A model generated the notes under the pieces. The model was given only the letters and a program-made list of their open reading frames with translations, was not told the DNA's origin and did not search any database. Shown here piece after piece: positions 1 through 9,162 of a stretch of 60,124 nucleotides of DNA. The stretch is taken from positions 1-60,124 of IMG/VR virus record IMGVR_UViG_3300038552_000146; one strand, 5' to 3'. Source of the stretch: a virus. Taxonomy: Duplodnaviria; Caudoviricetes. The first letter of the stretch is position 1. Every line of letters starts with the position of its first letter. The position numbers and the translations under genes were made by a program.

Positions 1-162
1 ACTCCTGATCAAAATCCACCTCGACCACGTAGAAGTCCCGGGACCTATTAGAGATGTAGCAGGCCAGCCAGCCTTTACGGAGACCAAGAATCCCCATCTG
101 CCACTGAATCTGGGCCTGGTATGACAGCGGTGCGCGGCCGGTACCCTGGCCCCCCGGTGTGA
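1..162. repeat. Terminal direct repeat (circular overlap), copy 1
   Basis: 1-162 equals 59963-60124 except G127 vs A60089 (synonymous CTG/TTG Leu on minus strand). Confidence 0.95.
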
Positions 163-643
163 TGTTGCCCGACTCCCACTCGTCATCATCCCCAGCAGTC
201 TTGCACTCGATCACACCGAGTGCTCGCCAGGACCGATGTTTGGTGACGAACCGGTCCGGAGTCACCCGCAGGAAAGGCTTCTCCCGACTGGCCCATAATC
301 CACCGGCGAACCGCGATACTAGGCCGATCACCTGGGCAGCCTCTTCAGCCACCGCATCTTCGAACCGGTGTCCCCACTTCACGGCAGGTACTTCGCTGAG
401 ATCCTTGCCGCCCCGCTTCTTCGTGTTGTAGACGCTGAACGGGGTCTCGTACTCGGACACGCCCACCAGCGCGCCCACCTCAGATCCGCCGACACCCTCC
501 TGGCGCGCGGCCAACCATGCCTCGGTCCCGGCGCACTCGGGGAGAATGATCTGGGCCGGACTGTCTGGCACCTGAGCAAATCGATGGACCGGATGGGGGC
601 ACGCCAGGCGGCCCCCAGAGCGGGAGAAGTAGTAATCCACCAT
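1..643 (-). CDS. YqaJ/lambda-type exonuclease, N-terminal part (continues across the junction into 59526..59962; ~359 aa total)
   Basis: Not in ORF track; read manually. AGGAG RBS, ATG at 643, MVDYYFSR...EAWLAARQEGVGGSEVGALVGVSEYETPFSVY matches the YqaJ N-terminal motif; in frame with 59526..60089. Confidence 0.88.
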   Translation of the reverse strand, partial: MVDYYFSRSGGRLACPHPVHRFAQVPDSPAQIILPECAGTEAWLAARQEGVGGSEVGALVGVSEYETPFSVYNTKKRGGKDLSEVPAVKWGHRFEDAVAEEAAQVIGLVSRFAGGLWASREKPFLRVTPDRFVTKHRSWRALGVIECKTAGDDDEWESGNITPGGQGTGRAPLSYQAQIQWQMGILGLRKGWLACYISNRSRDFYVVEVDFDQE

Positions 644-663
644 GCCCGCTCCTAGAATCTTGC

Positions 664-855
664 TCATGAGTCCAGGACCTCCACAGTCACCACGATCCGT
701 ACCGGACGCCCACCGGTGTACCCGGCTTTGGCGAGCTGGTCCTTGCGGACGTACAGGTCCGAGATCACGTGATCCCGGCGACCCTCGGTGAACCCGAACC
801 GGTACGCGCCCGGGGTCTCCTTACTCAGTGGCAGGTCCAGCGTGACCTTGTCCAT
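664..855 (-). CDS. Hypothetical protein (MDKVTLDLPL...)
   Basis: Start overlaps the upstream stop; operon-like packing. Confidence 0.7.
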   Translation of the reverse strand: MDKVTLDLPLSKETPGAYRFGFTEGRRDHVISDLYVRKDQLAKAGYTGGRPVRIVVTVEVLDS

Positions 856-1394
856 CACGGGTGCTCCAGTCCGATGCATCCACACTCCGGGATCACGCAC
901 ACCCGGGGGATGCCACGCTTAGCGGCGTACTCCGAAACCTCCGCCAACAGATCTTCGTCATCCGGCCCATCCTCTACGGCTTGTTGGCCGTCAACGCCAA
1001 CAAACACCTCAGCAGGCACAGCCTCGACCGGCATCCCGCACGCGACAGCAACCCGACGTTCGAGGGTGGCCCCAGCCGACGACCCCCAGCCCGGTAGCAG
1101 CAGTACGGCATCGCACTTCAGCATCACCAGCAACGACGCGCGCAGCCAGCACGCGTGCGGGTGCGCTCCCGTCACCCCGCCATGAGTGGCCATCTGAAGT
1201 GGGCCCGGAGGACACGGGCCATCATGGCTGACGATCGTGTCCTGTGGTGACACCGGCTCCCAGCCACGCTCGCAGGCCCATCGGCCCGCTGCGGCAAACG
1301 CTGGCCGGTTCCAGTCCGCATAGCCGGTCATTGGGCCAGCGATATAAGCGCGTCGAACCGTCGCAACAGCACTACGCGTGACCTTGTCCATCAC
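855..1394 (-). CDS. DUF4406 / nucleoside deoxyribosyltransferase-like protein
   Basis: AYIAGPMTG...NRPAF and CDAVLLLPGWGSSAGATLE motifs. Confidence 0.8.
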   Translation of the reverse strand: MMDKVTRSAVATVRRAYIAGPMTGYADWNRPAFAAAGRWACERGWEPVSPQDTIVSHDGPCPPGPLQMATHGGVTGAHPHACWLRASLLVMLKCDAVLLLPGWGSSAGATLERRVAVACGMPVEAVPAEVFVGVDGQQAVEDGPDDEDLLAEVSEYAAKRGIPRVCVIPECGCIGLEHP

Positions 1395-1906
1395 CCCTCC
1401 ATCCTGATCTTGTTAAGTGACTCCCGGTTGACAGCCGGCATCTTCACCGGACACCGGTCCAACCCCACCAAGTAGTCAATCGCGGCTACCCAGAGCCACC
1501 AGGCATCGCATTCGTTGTCGTTAGGGAATTCCACCCCACCGCGCTTGAAAGCAGCCATAGCCATGTCCGTCTTGGTCGCTCCACCTCTGCCGGTGGCGTA
1601 CTTCTTAAGACTCGCTGGCATGAGCGTCCCGTACGGAACGCCCATGTCCATGAGCTGGAGCCGGACCACACCGTGGACCATGCCTGAGATGACCGCGCTA
1701 GCAGACCGCGCCGTGGGAGCTTCGATCAGTGCCAGATCAGCACCTTCGCCAAACTCCCGGACAGCCCTCCGGATATCTGCCAACCGGAGGTCCCCGTCCT
1801 TGTCGCGGGTCTTGACCGTGCGGGTCACCGCCTCATCGTTCGCCGTTGTGTACGCCAAGCCAGTCCCGGTGATCGAGAGGTCTAGGCCCAGAACCTTGAC
1901 GGCCAT
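1391..1906 (-). CDS. RuvC-like Holliday junction resolvase
   Basis: VLGLDLSITGTG, ALIE, SLKKYATGRGGATK, DNECDA catalytic pattern. Confidence 0.88.
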   Translation of the reverse strand: MAVKVLGLDLSITGTGLAYTTANDEAVTRTVKTRDKDGDLRLADIRRAVREFGEGADLALIEAPTARSASAVISGMVHGVVRLQLMDMGVPYGTLMPASLKKYATGRGGATKTDMAMAAFKRGGVEFPNDNECDAWWLWVAAIDYLVGLDRCPVKMPAVNRESLNKIRMEG

Positions 1907-2475
1907 CAGTACGGGCGCCCGGTATAGCCGTCCAGTACGTCGCCAGAGTCATCACCACGGCGACTGTGGACCGGGCATGCCGGGTGTGGCCCCAGCTCCG
2001 GCGCGCGGAACCCGCACTTACAGGGCGCCTGATCAGCCGCGTACGGGCCCACACTCTGGCACCCGTCCGCGAACGTGCGCACCGGGTCCGCGCCCTCGAA
2101 CGCGCTCGGGGTCTCGCGCACCACGGGCGAGCCATGGTCACACGTCACCCGCTCAGCGGCGCGCACCGGATCAGCCACGTTTCGTACGGCCTCCAGGCGG
2201 TCCGGGAGCGCGTCCGGCGTGAGGGCGGCCGTGGCCACCATCAGCGCGTCCGGCTGGTGGCGCTCGATCCGCTGGAGCTGGGTCATCAGCGCGATGAACG
2301 CCCGAACGGGCATCTCGACGCGCCGACCACCCGTGACCTCATCAGGAATGTCGATCTCGAATTCGACGTACACACGAACCGCTTCCTCTGGCATGTCGTA
2401 TCCCGCCGGAAGCGCCCTCAGAACATGCTCCCACTGTCGAACCGTCAAGTCCGTAACCTTGATCCGGGTCCGCAT
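1906..2475 (-). CDS. Hypothetical protein
   Basis: GGAGG RBS, directly downstream of promoter 2504-2532, coupled to next gene. Confidence 0.7.
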   Translation of the reverse strand: MRTRIKVTDLTVRQWEHVLRALPAGYDMPEEAVRVYVEFEIDIPDEVTGGRRVEMPVRAFIALMTQLQRIERHQPDALMVATAALTPDALPDRLEAVRNVADPVRAAERVTCDHGSPVVRETPSAFEGADPVRTFADGCQSVGPYAADQAPCKCGFRAPELGPHPACPVHSRRGDDSGDVLDGYTGRPY

Positions 2476-2503
2476 TCGACGGCCCTCCTTCCTGTCTCCT
2501 GAG

Positions 2504-2532
2504 ACCTTACAGTCCTAACGGCAAGGTGTCAA
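2504..2532 (-). promoter_or_regulatory. Repeated phage promoter
   Basis: TTGACA-ccttgccgttaggactg-TAAGGT. Confidence 0.75.
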
Positions 2533-2771
2533 CCCGGGGGAGGCGAGACCACGAAATGACCCGCTGTGATCTGGTCGTTCTCATCCGTCTCCAAGCCCTC
2601 CACCTGGCCAAGAACGCGGAACGAGCACGCCGAGCACGCCAGCTCCCAGCCGCGCCAGGCCGAGACCTTCATTTGGGCACCGGCCAGCGAGAACGTGCCC
2701 AGGGGCTTGGCCACTATCACGGGCCGGAGCACCACCGTGCCGGCCGCTCCGCACTCCGGGCAGGGCTTCAC
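2529..2771 (-). CDS. Small zinc-ribbon protein
   Basis: CPEC and CSAC pairs; 4-bp overlap with upstream gene. Confidence 0.65.
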   Translation of the reverse strand: MKPCPECGAAGTVVLRPVIVAKPLGTFSLAGAQMKVSAWRGWELACSACSFRVLGQVEGLETDENDQITAGHFVVSPPPG

Positions 2772-3247
2772 GGCATTTTCCCGATCTGGTCCCCGACATG
2801 GCGCACAACCGAGGCCAGCGCCACGCCGAGCGAGCGCGTCTCCGGTTCACGCTCGATACGGTCCGCGTGCTGATAGACCTCCTGAGCGAGCCGGGAACGC
2901 CAGTGAGCCTCGGCATCCGGCACGCCGGGCCACGGGTACGCCAAGAGCGCGCTCAGATCGTACTCGACGCCATCCGGAACACCCTCAGCGTGAATCCGAT
3001 CCACGTACTGCTGAAGTGCGTCCTGGAGCGTAGTGGGCTCGCCCTTGATCAGGTCCGTAACTGCCTTATGGTGCATCACGTCCATCGCGTCCATCGCGTC
3101 CATGACGGTCTGTCGATCCTCGCCGCTCGCGGCCATTAGGTCACGGATGGTAGTTTCCCGGATCAGGGCGTCCCGAGCCGCGTCTAGATCCTTGATCTCA
3201 GACATCACGTGCCGGAGTTCGTTCTGGCCATACGTCACGTAGTCCAT
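2768..3247 (-). CDS. Hypothetical protein
   Basis: GAGGA RBS, downstream of promoter 3290-3318. Confidence 0.75.
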   Translation of the reverse strand: MDYVTYGQNELRHVMSEIKDLDAARDALIRETTIRDLMAASGEDRQTVMDAMDAMDVMHHKAVTDLIKGEPTTLQDALQQYVDRIHAEGVPDGVEYDLSALLAYPWPGVPDAEAHWRSRLAQEVYQHADRIEREPETRSLGVALASVVRHVGDQIGKMP

Positions 3248-3289
3248 CAGTCCTCTTGTTCCAATGGCGGGCCTCTCCCACCGCGTATT

Positions 3290-3318
3290 ACATTACAGTC
3301 ATAGCTACGAAGTGTCAA
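3290..3318 (-). promoter_or_regulatory. Repeated phage promoter
   Basis: TTGACA-cttcgtagctatgactg-TAATGT. Confidence 0.8.
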
Positions 3319-3331
3319 GCCGCACACGTAA

Positions 3332-3361
3332 GCGGCCCGCCCCGGGGAGGGACGGGCCGCT
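3332..3361 (-). terminator. Intrinsic terminator-like hairpin
   Basis: agcggcccg...cgggccgct stem just after the stop at 3371. Confidence 0.55.
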
Positions 3362-3370
3362 GACAACCGA

Positions 3371-4573
3371 TCAGGCCGTGAACAACTCCCCACACTCATC
3401 ACACCGGACCACACCCAGATCCAGCACCTTCCGGCTCAGCCGGATGATCAGCGGCTCCGAGCACGAACACGTGGCCTTGAGGTTGCCACTCTGAATCGTG
3501 GTTCCCTCAGCTTGACGCTTGCGGCCCCCGCCGATGAACTCGCCGCCCTCGGTATCCTCGCCCTCAGGCGTGGCCGTCCCCTTCAGAAACCAGGGGAGGT
3601 CAACCACCAGCCGGATCTCACGATCCAGTTCGTTCAGGAGATCTGCGTACTCGGCCTCGGTCCCGGCGGTCAAGGTCACGAACGAGAACCCGTGCTGGGT
3701 GTCCGCACTGGCTCCCTTGTGCTCCAGGCCCATCTCCTCAGCCAGCGAGCGGAACACCTTGTTGTGCCATCGACCCTGGCGGCTGGTGTCCTTCAAGTCC
3801 CGAACCCGGGCCAGAACGTGGGCAGCCTCATGAAGCATGGTTTGGAGCACCTGGCGAGCGCCCTTAGCCATCGTCTCCCCTGCCATGAACATCTCGCCCA
3901 GGGCCAAGTTCGTGGCGGCTGCTTCGCCCTCGGCCCGAGCCATCCAGCCATTCGCCCGGAAGTGGCCCCAGCGCGCCGGGCCGATCATTCCGGTACCGGT
4001 CACGATCACCACGTCCGGGAGTTCCGGGTGGTTCCCGCGAATGCGGTTCCAGACCTCTTCCATCAGCCTGACAACGGCAGAGCCGGTCATGTCACCAGTC
4101 TGAGTCGATGCGGTGGTCTCATCCTCCTCAGGCTGCCCGTCCTTGGCGGCTTCGTGCTCCTCCTCAGCCTGGATTTCCTCGTCTGAGGGGTACTCCTCCT
4201 CATCCATATCTTCAGCAGACTGCCCTACCAGCGGAGCCGGAATCTTGATCCGGGAAACAAGGACCGCCGTGTCAAAAACCCGGACGCCAGCTCCCCCCGG
4301 GTTACGCAGCGCCCAGTCAACTTCCCTGTCCGTCGTGTAGACCACCGACACCTTGACCCGGCCCACTTTGGCTACTACGCCGCGCCGGAGCCGACTCCAC
4401 CCGTTCAATGTCCAGACGTGGACGATCTGACCAACGGTCAGCTCGTCCACTGAACGCGGCGAAACCCATCCGTTCGGCATGCGCTCCAGAGCTTCAATCA
4501 GGCTGATCAGATCGAAGTTCTTGCCACCTATCTCGAACTCGCGAGCCTGGCTGATAGTCAGATACTGGGCCAT
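3371..4573 (-). CDS. SprT-like zinc metalloprotease-domain protein
   Basis: TMLHEAAH (HExxH), RWHNKVF third ligand, C-terminal CSC...CDEC; ATG 4573 after GGAGGA. Confidence 0.75.
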   Translation of the reverse strand: MAQYLTISQAREFEIGGKNFDLISLIEALERMPNGWVSPRSVDELTVGQIVHVWTLNGWSRLRRGVVAKVGRVKVSVVYTTDREVDWALRNPGGAGVRVFDTAVLVSRIKIPAPLVGQSAEDMDEEEYPSDEEIQAEEEHEAAKDGQPEEDETTASTQTGDMTGSAVVRLMEEVWNRIRGNHPELPDVVIVTGTGMIGPARWGHFRANGWMARAEGEAAATNLALGEMFMAGETMAKGARQVLQTMLHEAAHVLARVRDLKDTSRQGRWHNKVFRSLAEEMGLEHKGASADTQHGFSFVTLTAGTEAEYADLLNELDREIRLVVDLPWFLKGTATPEGEDTEGGEFIGGGRKRQAEGTTIQSGNLKATCSCSEPLIIRLSRKVLDLGVVRCDECGELFTA

Positions 4574-4613
4574 CGGTCTGTCCTCCCCGGTCGTTGTCTC
4601 GTTGGAGAGCACA

Positions 4614-4642
4614 ACTTTACAGCCGTGACGTTAAGGTGTCAA
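4614..4642 (-). promoter_or_regulatory. Repeated phage promoter
   Basis: TTGACA-ccttaacgtcacggctg-TAAAGT. Confidence 0.8.
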
Positions 4643-4652
4643 CCTGGGGACG

Positions 4653-4688
4653 ACAAGAGGCCCCGGTGCGGGAACCGGGGCCTCTTGA
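4653..4688. terminator. Terminator-like hairpin
   Basis: caagaggccccggt / accggggcctcttg inverted repeat. Confidence 0.6.
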
Positions 4689-4701
4689 CCAGGGGGAACT
4701 G

Positions 4702-4941
4702 TTAGGCGACGGACGGAACAAGATCCGTCCGTGCGCCCTGGCCGGGTCTATCCGCCTTCCAGCGGTCCAGCTCCTCCCGAGTAAAGACCGGAAGGTTGTA
4801 CTGTCCATCCACTTCTCGCCGGTCGATAGCCGGACCGATGCCGCGCGCCACATAGCTAGAGAGCGTGTTTCGCCTCAGACCCAGGTACTCGGCGGCCGGA
4901 CCGTAGCCCATGAACTCAGTCGCGTTGTCCAGGATCGTCAT
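4702..4941 (-). CDS. Helix-turn-helix DNA-binding protein (AlpA/excisionase-like)
   Basis: AAEYLGLRRNTLSSYVARGIGP...PVFTREELDRW pattern. Confidence 0.75.
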   Translation of the reverse strand: MTILDNATEFMGYGPAAEYLGLRRNTLSSYVARGIGPAIDRREVDGQYNLPVFTREELDRWKADRPGQGARTDLVPSVA

Positions 4942-5043
4942 AGTTTCACCTTCTCTCATCGCTCACATGGGCGGTCTTCCGTCCCACTATACAGGCACGC
5001 CTTCTGAACTGACAAGCCGAGAGATCGCTATCCGACCCCACCC

Positions 5044-5071
5044 TTGACAAAGGTAGTCATGACTGTAAAGT
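5044..5071 (+). promoter_or_regulatory. Repeated phage promoter (16-nt spacer)
   Basis: TTGACA-aaggtagtcatgactg-TAAAGT. Confidence 0.7.
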
Positions 5072-5102
5072 TAAAGGCGGTTGATGAGAGGGGAGGACGG
5101 AA

Positions 5103-5552
5103 ATGATCCGTTCAGTGGCAAGGGCCGTCATCGCGGCCACCCTGCTTACCGGGGTAGTGGTGATCCCCGCTGACCAGGCTGACGCGGCTACCACGGCGCA
5201 GAGGTCCGCGATCGTGCGGGAGGCCAAGAAGCACGTGGGCAAGCCGTACCGGTACGGTGCGGCCGGGCCCGACCGGTTCGACTGCTCGGGCTTCACGCTC
5301 TACGTCACGCGCAAGGCCACCGGCAGGAAGTTGCCTCACAACGCCGATCGGCAGATGAGAAGTTCCTTGCTGAAGTCGATCACCAAGGGGCGGGCCCGGC
5401 CGGGAGACCTCTTGTTTTTCACCTCGGGGGGTCGCGCGTACCACGCCGCTATCTACGCCGGTGGCGGCAAGATGTGGGACGCCGGTACGTCTAGGGTCAG
5501 GTACCGATCCATCTGGACGTACTCCGGTGTGAGATGGAGAACACTACGCTAG
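5103..5552 (+). CDS. Secreted NlpC/P60 (C40) peptidoglycan hydrolase
   Basis: Signal peptide ending ADA; GKPYRYG, FDCSG, PGDLLFF, HAAIY; GGAGG RBS. Confidence 0.92.
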   Translation: MIRSVARAVIAATLLTGVVVIPADQADAATTAQRSAIVREAKKHVGKPYRYGAAGPDRFDCSGFTLYVTRKATGRKLPHNADRQMRSSLLKSITKGRARPGDLLFFTSGGRAYHAAIYAGGGKMWDAGTSRVRYRSIWTYSGVRWRTLR

Positions 5553-5879
5553 CTAGGTACCTGAAGTGACGCGGCTCCCGGAACATCCGGGAGCCGCGTC
5601 ACTTTCTCCGCGTGCCTCAGCTTCCGCCACTGGCCCGGATGGCCCATGCGATGACAAGGCCTGCGGCTCCGGTGGCTCCGGTGGCAGCGAGCCAGGACTG
5701 GGCGCGGTACCTGACCCGGAGAGCCAGAGCCTGAGAAAACCCGGTCCCAACATCGTGGCCGCGCTGATCAACATCAGGGGCCATGGACCGGCGGTTACCA
5801 CGGTGTACGTCCCCCACGTCCCCCCAAGGACCAAGAACACTAGGTCCCGGTGAAACGGTGGTAATGCTCTCCTGGTCAC
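5553..5879 (-). CDS. Small membrane protein
   Basis: Two hydrophobic segments; GGAGGT-like RBS; last gene of the minus-strand late operon. Confidence 0.55.
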   Translation of the reverse strand: MTRRALPPFHRDLVFLVLGGTWGTYTVVTAGPWPLMLISAATMLGPGFLRLWLSGSGTAPSPGSLPPEPPEPQALSSHGPSGPVAEAEARGESDAAPGCSGSRVTSGT

Positions 5880-5912
5880 GCACCGCGCCTACCTTTCTGA
5901 ACGGATCTTGAC

Positions 5913-6614
5913 CTAGCGTATCCGAGAGGGCCCGGAACGCTGGGCAGTCCGTCTCGCCAAGATTGGGTCCGTCACTTCGCCGTTGGACCAGGACAGATCC
6001 AGCGCTGAGCCGGGATACCACCGGCGGGCCACCCGGTCATGTGCCCGGTGCTTGGTCAGGCTGGACACTCGCCGATGGTCTACCAAGGAAGGCCAGGTGT
6101 ACCAGACCTCGCGCCCGGTCCTCTCGGCCCATCCTGCCACCCGCATATCATCCGGAATGCCCGCGCGCCGGTCGGCTCGCTCGATCATCTCCGGGATGAG
6201 CCGCACGGGGAGCACGACACACACCCCCCACATCAGCTTCTGGGTTCGCACCCAGCTAGCACCGGCCGACTCAGCGGCGCGCGCCAGAGCCTCCCAGCGG
6301 ATCGGCACGGTGCGACCGGTCCCGAGATAGCCCGACACCACAGCGTCCGGCGGGACGTGCTCCAGAGCCAGCTCCAGCCCGGCCAACAAGTCCTGGCAGG
6401 CCAGAGCGTCATCCTGGATCAGCACGTGCCAGTCAGCGGCCGGATCCGCTAGATCCCACGCGCCGCGCGCCGTGCGCCAGACCCGATCGGCCTTGCCCGA
6501 TGGCGGCCCTTCATCGTCCCAGTGGACCGGAACCTCCCGGTCCAAGGACGCAAGGAGTTGTTCCACCTCCCCGGACCGGGCGGGGTGGGCCATCACGGAG
6601 GCCGAAAGCTTCAC
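5913..6614 (-). CDS. Glycosyltransferase-like protein
   Basis: SVMAHPAR N-terminus, WHVLIQDDA DxD-like motif, WPSLVDH; clustered with two GT2 genes. Confidence 0.7.
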   Translation of the reverse strand: MKLSASVMAHPARSGEVEQLLASLDREVPVHWDDEGPPSGKADRVWRTARGAWDLADPAADWHVLIQDDALACQDLLAGLELALEHVPPDAVVSGYLGTGRTVPIRWEALARAAESAGASWVRTQKLMWGVCVVLPVRLIPEMIERADRRAGIPDDMRVAGWAERTGREVWYTWPSLVDHRRVSSLTKHRAHDRVARRWYPGSALDLSWSNGEVTDPILARRTAQRSGPSRIR

Positions 6615-8275
6615 CGACCCGTCCGGAGAGCATCCATGATCTCAGCCCGCTTGTGGGTCCTCGATCCGAGAACGACGCCGCGAGTCTTGGCCAACATGCG
6701 GAGCTGCGCCACGGTCAGCTCTTCGATCGGGGTCCCCTCTGCGACACCCCTCAGCTCTTCCCCAGCCACCACGTTCCGATTGAACTCGTGCAGCTCAGCG
6801 GCCGATCGTTCGAGCGCGGCCACGCCCTCAGGATCAACCTCGCGCCACTCGGCGCGGTCCGGTTCCGGGGAGGGGTGAACTCCCTCGCTGGTCACAGCGG
6901 TAGTCGGGCCAGGAACGACGCCGCGCGTCTCGGTCAGCCGGGTAACGGCGAGGTGATCGTGGAAGACCTCCACCGGCACCAACACGCCCATGGCCACCAG
7001 ATCGTCCAGCGCCTCCTTGACGCCGGGCCAGTCCGGGTGTTCGTAGTCGTCCACGGCGATCCGCGCGCCCTCGGCCAGGCGCGGAGCCCAGTTCATGACG
7101 TCGCACATGGCCCCATCTTTGGAGTGATCTCCATCGATGAATAGCAGGCCCACCGGCGGACCGTTGTACTGAGCCGCCGCGTCGTGCGAGAACGCGTGGA
7201 TCAAGGTGATATCCCTGGTGAATCCGAGACTCTGGACGTGGTGGTATGCCCAACGTCGCGAACCGGGGTCAGTGAACGGCGGCCCGTATGTGTTGCCCGG
7301 AAGGTCCCAGGGGTCCACAGCGGTCACATGCGCGCCGTGGCCCTGGCGCGCTCCCCACGCAAGCTGAAGGGCGGTCCGACCGTGGAACACGCCGATTTCC
7401 ACGATCTCTTGATCCGCCGGAACCTGGGTGGCGAAGTCCGCGAGAGCCATCATCACTGGCTCCGGCGTAGCGGCGCGCACCTGCTTGAAGAACCTCGGAG
7501 GTTTCATCGTCGCCCTTCCCTGTTGTCTGGCGGTACGAGGCGGCCGGGCGGGTTTGACCGGCTGCATGTGACGTCGGAGCGCCTGGATCTTCGCCGCCTG
7601 CCCCGGCAACGTCATAGCCTGCCACTTGCGGAACGTACGTTGGTCCCGACCCATCTGGTCCCGGCTGTTCACGCGTTCATACTGGCTGTCACTGACAGCT
7701 TTCCCGGCGTACGGGTGCCGATGCTCGATCCGGATCTCTGGAAGATGCCGGATGGCTCCGACCATCGTGAACAACTCCATGATCGCGTTATCACAGAACA
7801 TATGTTCTACCGGGGCCGGGACCATCCGGCCAAGCGCGCGCACCGCATCCGAGGTCACGGCCCACTCGGTGGACAACTTGACCCCCTGGTACCCATCGTC
7901 CCCGTAGACCATCCCGGTCCCCAGTTCACGAAGGACGGTCAGGTACCGAGCCGCCCAACCGATGGTCTGGGGGAGGTGATCATCACCGGCGAACCCTACG
8001 GCCCAGTACGTCTCCGCCGCTGTTCGGGCCGCTAGGTCCAGCTTATGGACCATCGGAATCCATCGCTCTATGTGAACGATCTGGAGCCCCCGGCAGCCCG
8101 CCTCTACGAACTCCCGGAGGATCTGGTGGTACCCGTCCACCTCGGGATCGTCCGCATCCACGACCAAGATCAAGTCCGCGCTGTCCCAGGCGTTGGTGAA
8201 GTCCCACGCGCCGATCAGGCGCCGGATGTTCTCCGGGCGGCCCCGGGTCGGGACAATGACGGCCAGATCAGGCAT
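6611..8275 (-). CDS. GT2 glycosyltransferase fused to class I SAM methyltransferase, with C-terminal Rho-N-like helix pair
   Basis: AVIVPTRGRP, FAGDD, HMFCDN (GT2); IVEIGVFHGRT, LLFIDGDHS, AVDDY (MTase); LTVAQLRMLAKTRGV. Confidence 0.85.
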   Translation of the reverse strand: MPDLAVIVPTRGRPENIRRLIGAWDFTNAWDSADLILVVDADDPEVDGYHQILREFVEAGCRGLQIVHIERWIPMVHKLDLAARTAAETYWAVGFAGDDHLPQTIGWAARYLTVLRELGTGMVYGDDGYQGVKLSTEWAVTSDAVRALGRMVPAPVEHMFCDNAIMELFTMVGAIRHLPEIRIEHRHPYAGKAVSDSQYERVNSRDQMGRDQRTFRKWQAMTLPGQAAKIQALRRHMQPVKPARPPRTARQQGRATMKPPRFFKQVRAATPEPVMMALADFATQVPADQEIVEIGVFHGRTALQLAWGARQGHGAHVTAVDPWDLPGNTYGPPFTDPGSRRWAYHHVQSLGFTRDITLIHAFSHDAAAQYNGPPVGLLFIDGDHSKDGAMCDVMNWAPRLAEGARIAVDDYEHPDWPGVKEALDDLVAMGVLVPVEVFHDHLAVTRLTETRGVVPGPTTAVTSEGVHPSPEPDRAEWREVDPEGVAALERSAAELHEFNRNVVAGEELRGVAEGTPIEELTVAQLRMLAKTRGVVLGSRTHKRAEIMDALRTGR

Positions 8276-8942
8276 AGGGGCTCCAAGAGAAGTACGGGCT
8301 GGTGACGGCGGGCCGCTCGCCCTGAGCGACGATCCGGCTCGGTAGCTCCCAACGCGAGCCCAGGCCGACATCACGGCTGGTGGAGTACAGGTAGTGGTAC
8401 AGGATCCGAGGGACCACGGCCTGCTTGCGCAGCACGCGCATACGGCGCAGTTGGTCCGCCCAAACCCGGTCCTCCGCACGACCAGTGCGCGCTGCAGCAA
8501 AGCTGGCCTTCAGTGCTAGCTCGCGCCTGATCGGGTTCAGGTGGGAGATGTCGCGCTCGAACCGGCCAGAGAAGTTGCGCCATCGGCGGAACTCCAGCGA
8601 GTGGTACGCCACGCCGATCGGGGCCCCGTCTGAGTAGCACTGGACCTGAAAGCCCACGTAGTCCGGCCGCTGGTCCAACGCGGCCATGATCTCGGCTACG
8701 TAGTCCGGGGTCACCAGATCGTCATCGTCCACGAACGAGATGTACTCGCTTCCGGCGGTCTCCACCATGCGTTGGCGGATCTTGGGTAGCGGCGGGCTTC
8801 CGTTGTTGAACCAGCCGATCACCCGGACCTGCCCAGCGTACGGATCAAGCTGGGGGAGAAGCCCTGTCATCAGCCGCTCGAACAGCACGCGTCGCTCCCC
8901 CAGGGTCGGGACGAGGATCGACCACAACGGCACGGCTGTCAT
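8268..8942 (-). CDS. GT2 glycosyltransferase
   Basis: WSILVPT, EYISFVDDDD, AEDRVW. Confidence 0.85.
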   Translation of the reverse strand: MTAVPLWSILVPTLGERRVLFERLMTGLLPQLDPYAGQVRVIGWFNNGSPPLPKIRQRMVETAGSEYISFVDDDDLVTPDYVAEIMAALDQRPDYVGFQVQCYSDGAPIGVAYHSLEFRRWRNFSGRFERDISHLNPIRRELALKASFAAARTGRAEDRVWADQLRRMRVLRKQAVVPRILYHYLYSTSRDVGLGSRWELPSRIVAQGERPAVTSPYFSWSPYA

Positions 8943-8992
8943 GTACCCCACCTTACAGCAGTCCGGAAGCTACCGGGATGGACCTGGTCAAC

Positions 8993-9157
8993 GGGGGAAC
9001 GAGGGGACCGGGGGGACACCCTCCAGACCCCCGCCACCTTTACATACGTGCCCCTCGCGCACGCGTGCACGCGCATGCGCGCATCACGCGTGGAACACAG
9101 AGGGGACTTTTCAACACGCGTAGGGGGTGAGGGTCTCCCCGGTCCCCCCGTCCCCCC
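8993..9157. repeat. G/C-tract imperfect inverted repeat with alternating purine-pyrimidine core (origin-like element 1)
   Basis: ggggaccggggggacaccctc ... gagggtctccccggtcccc flanking cgcgcacgcgtgcacgcgcatgcgcg; intergenic. Confidence 0.6.
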
Positions 9158-9162
9158 AACGA

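Noticed and set aside
1-162. Biological terminal repeat of the virion DNA
   Set aside because: It falls mid-gene, far from the packaging module; more consistent with assembly overlap.
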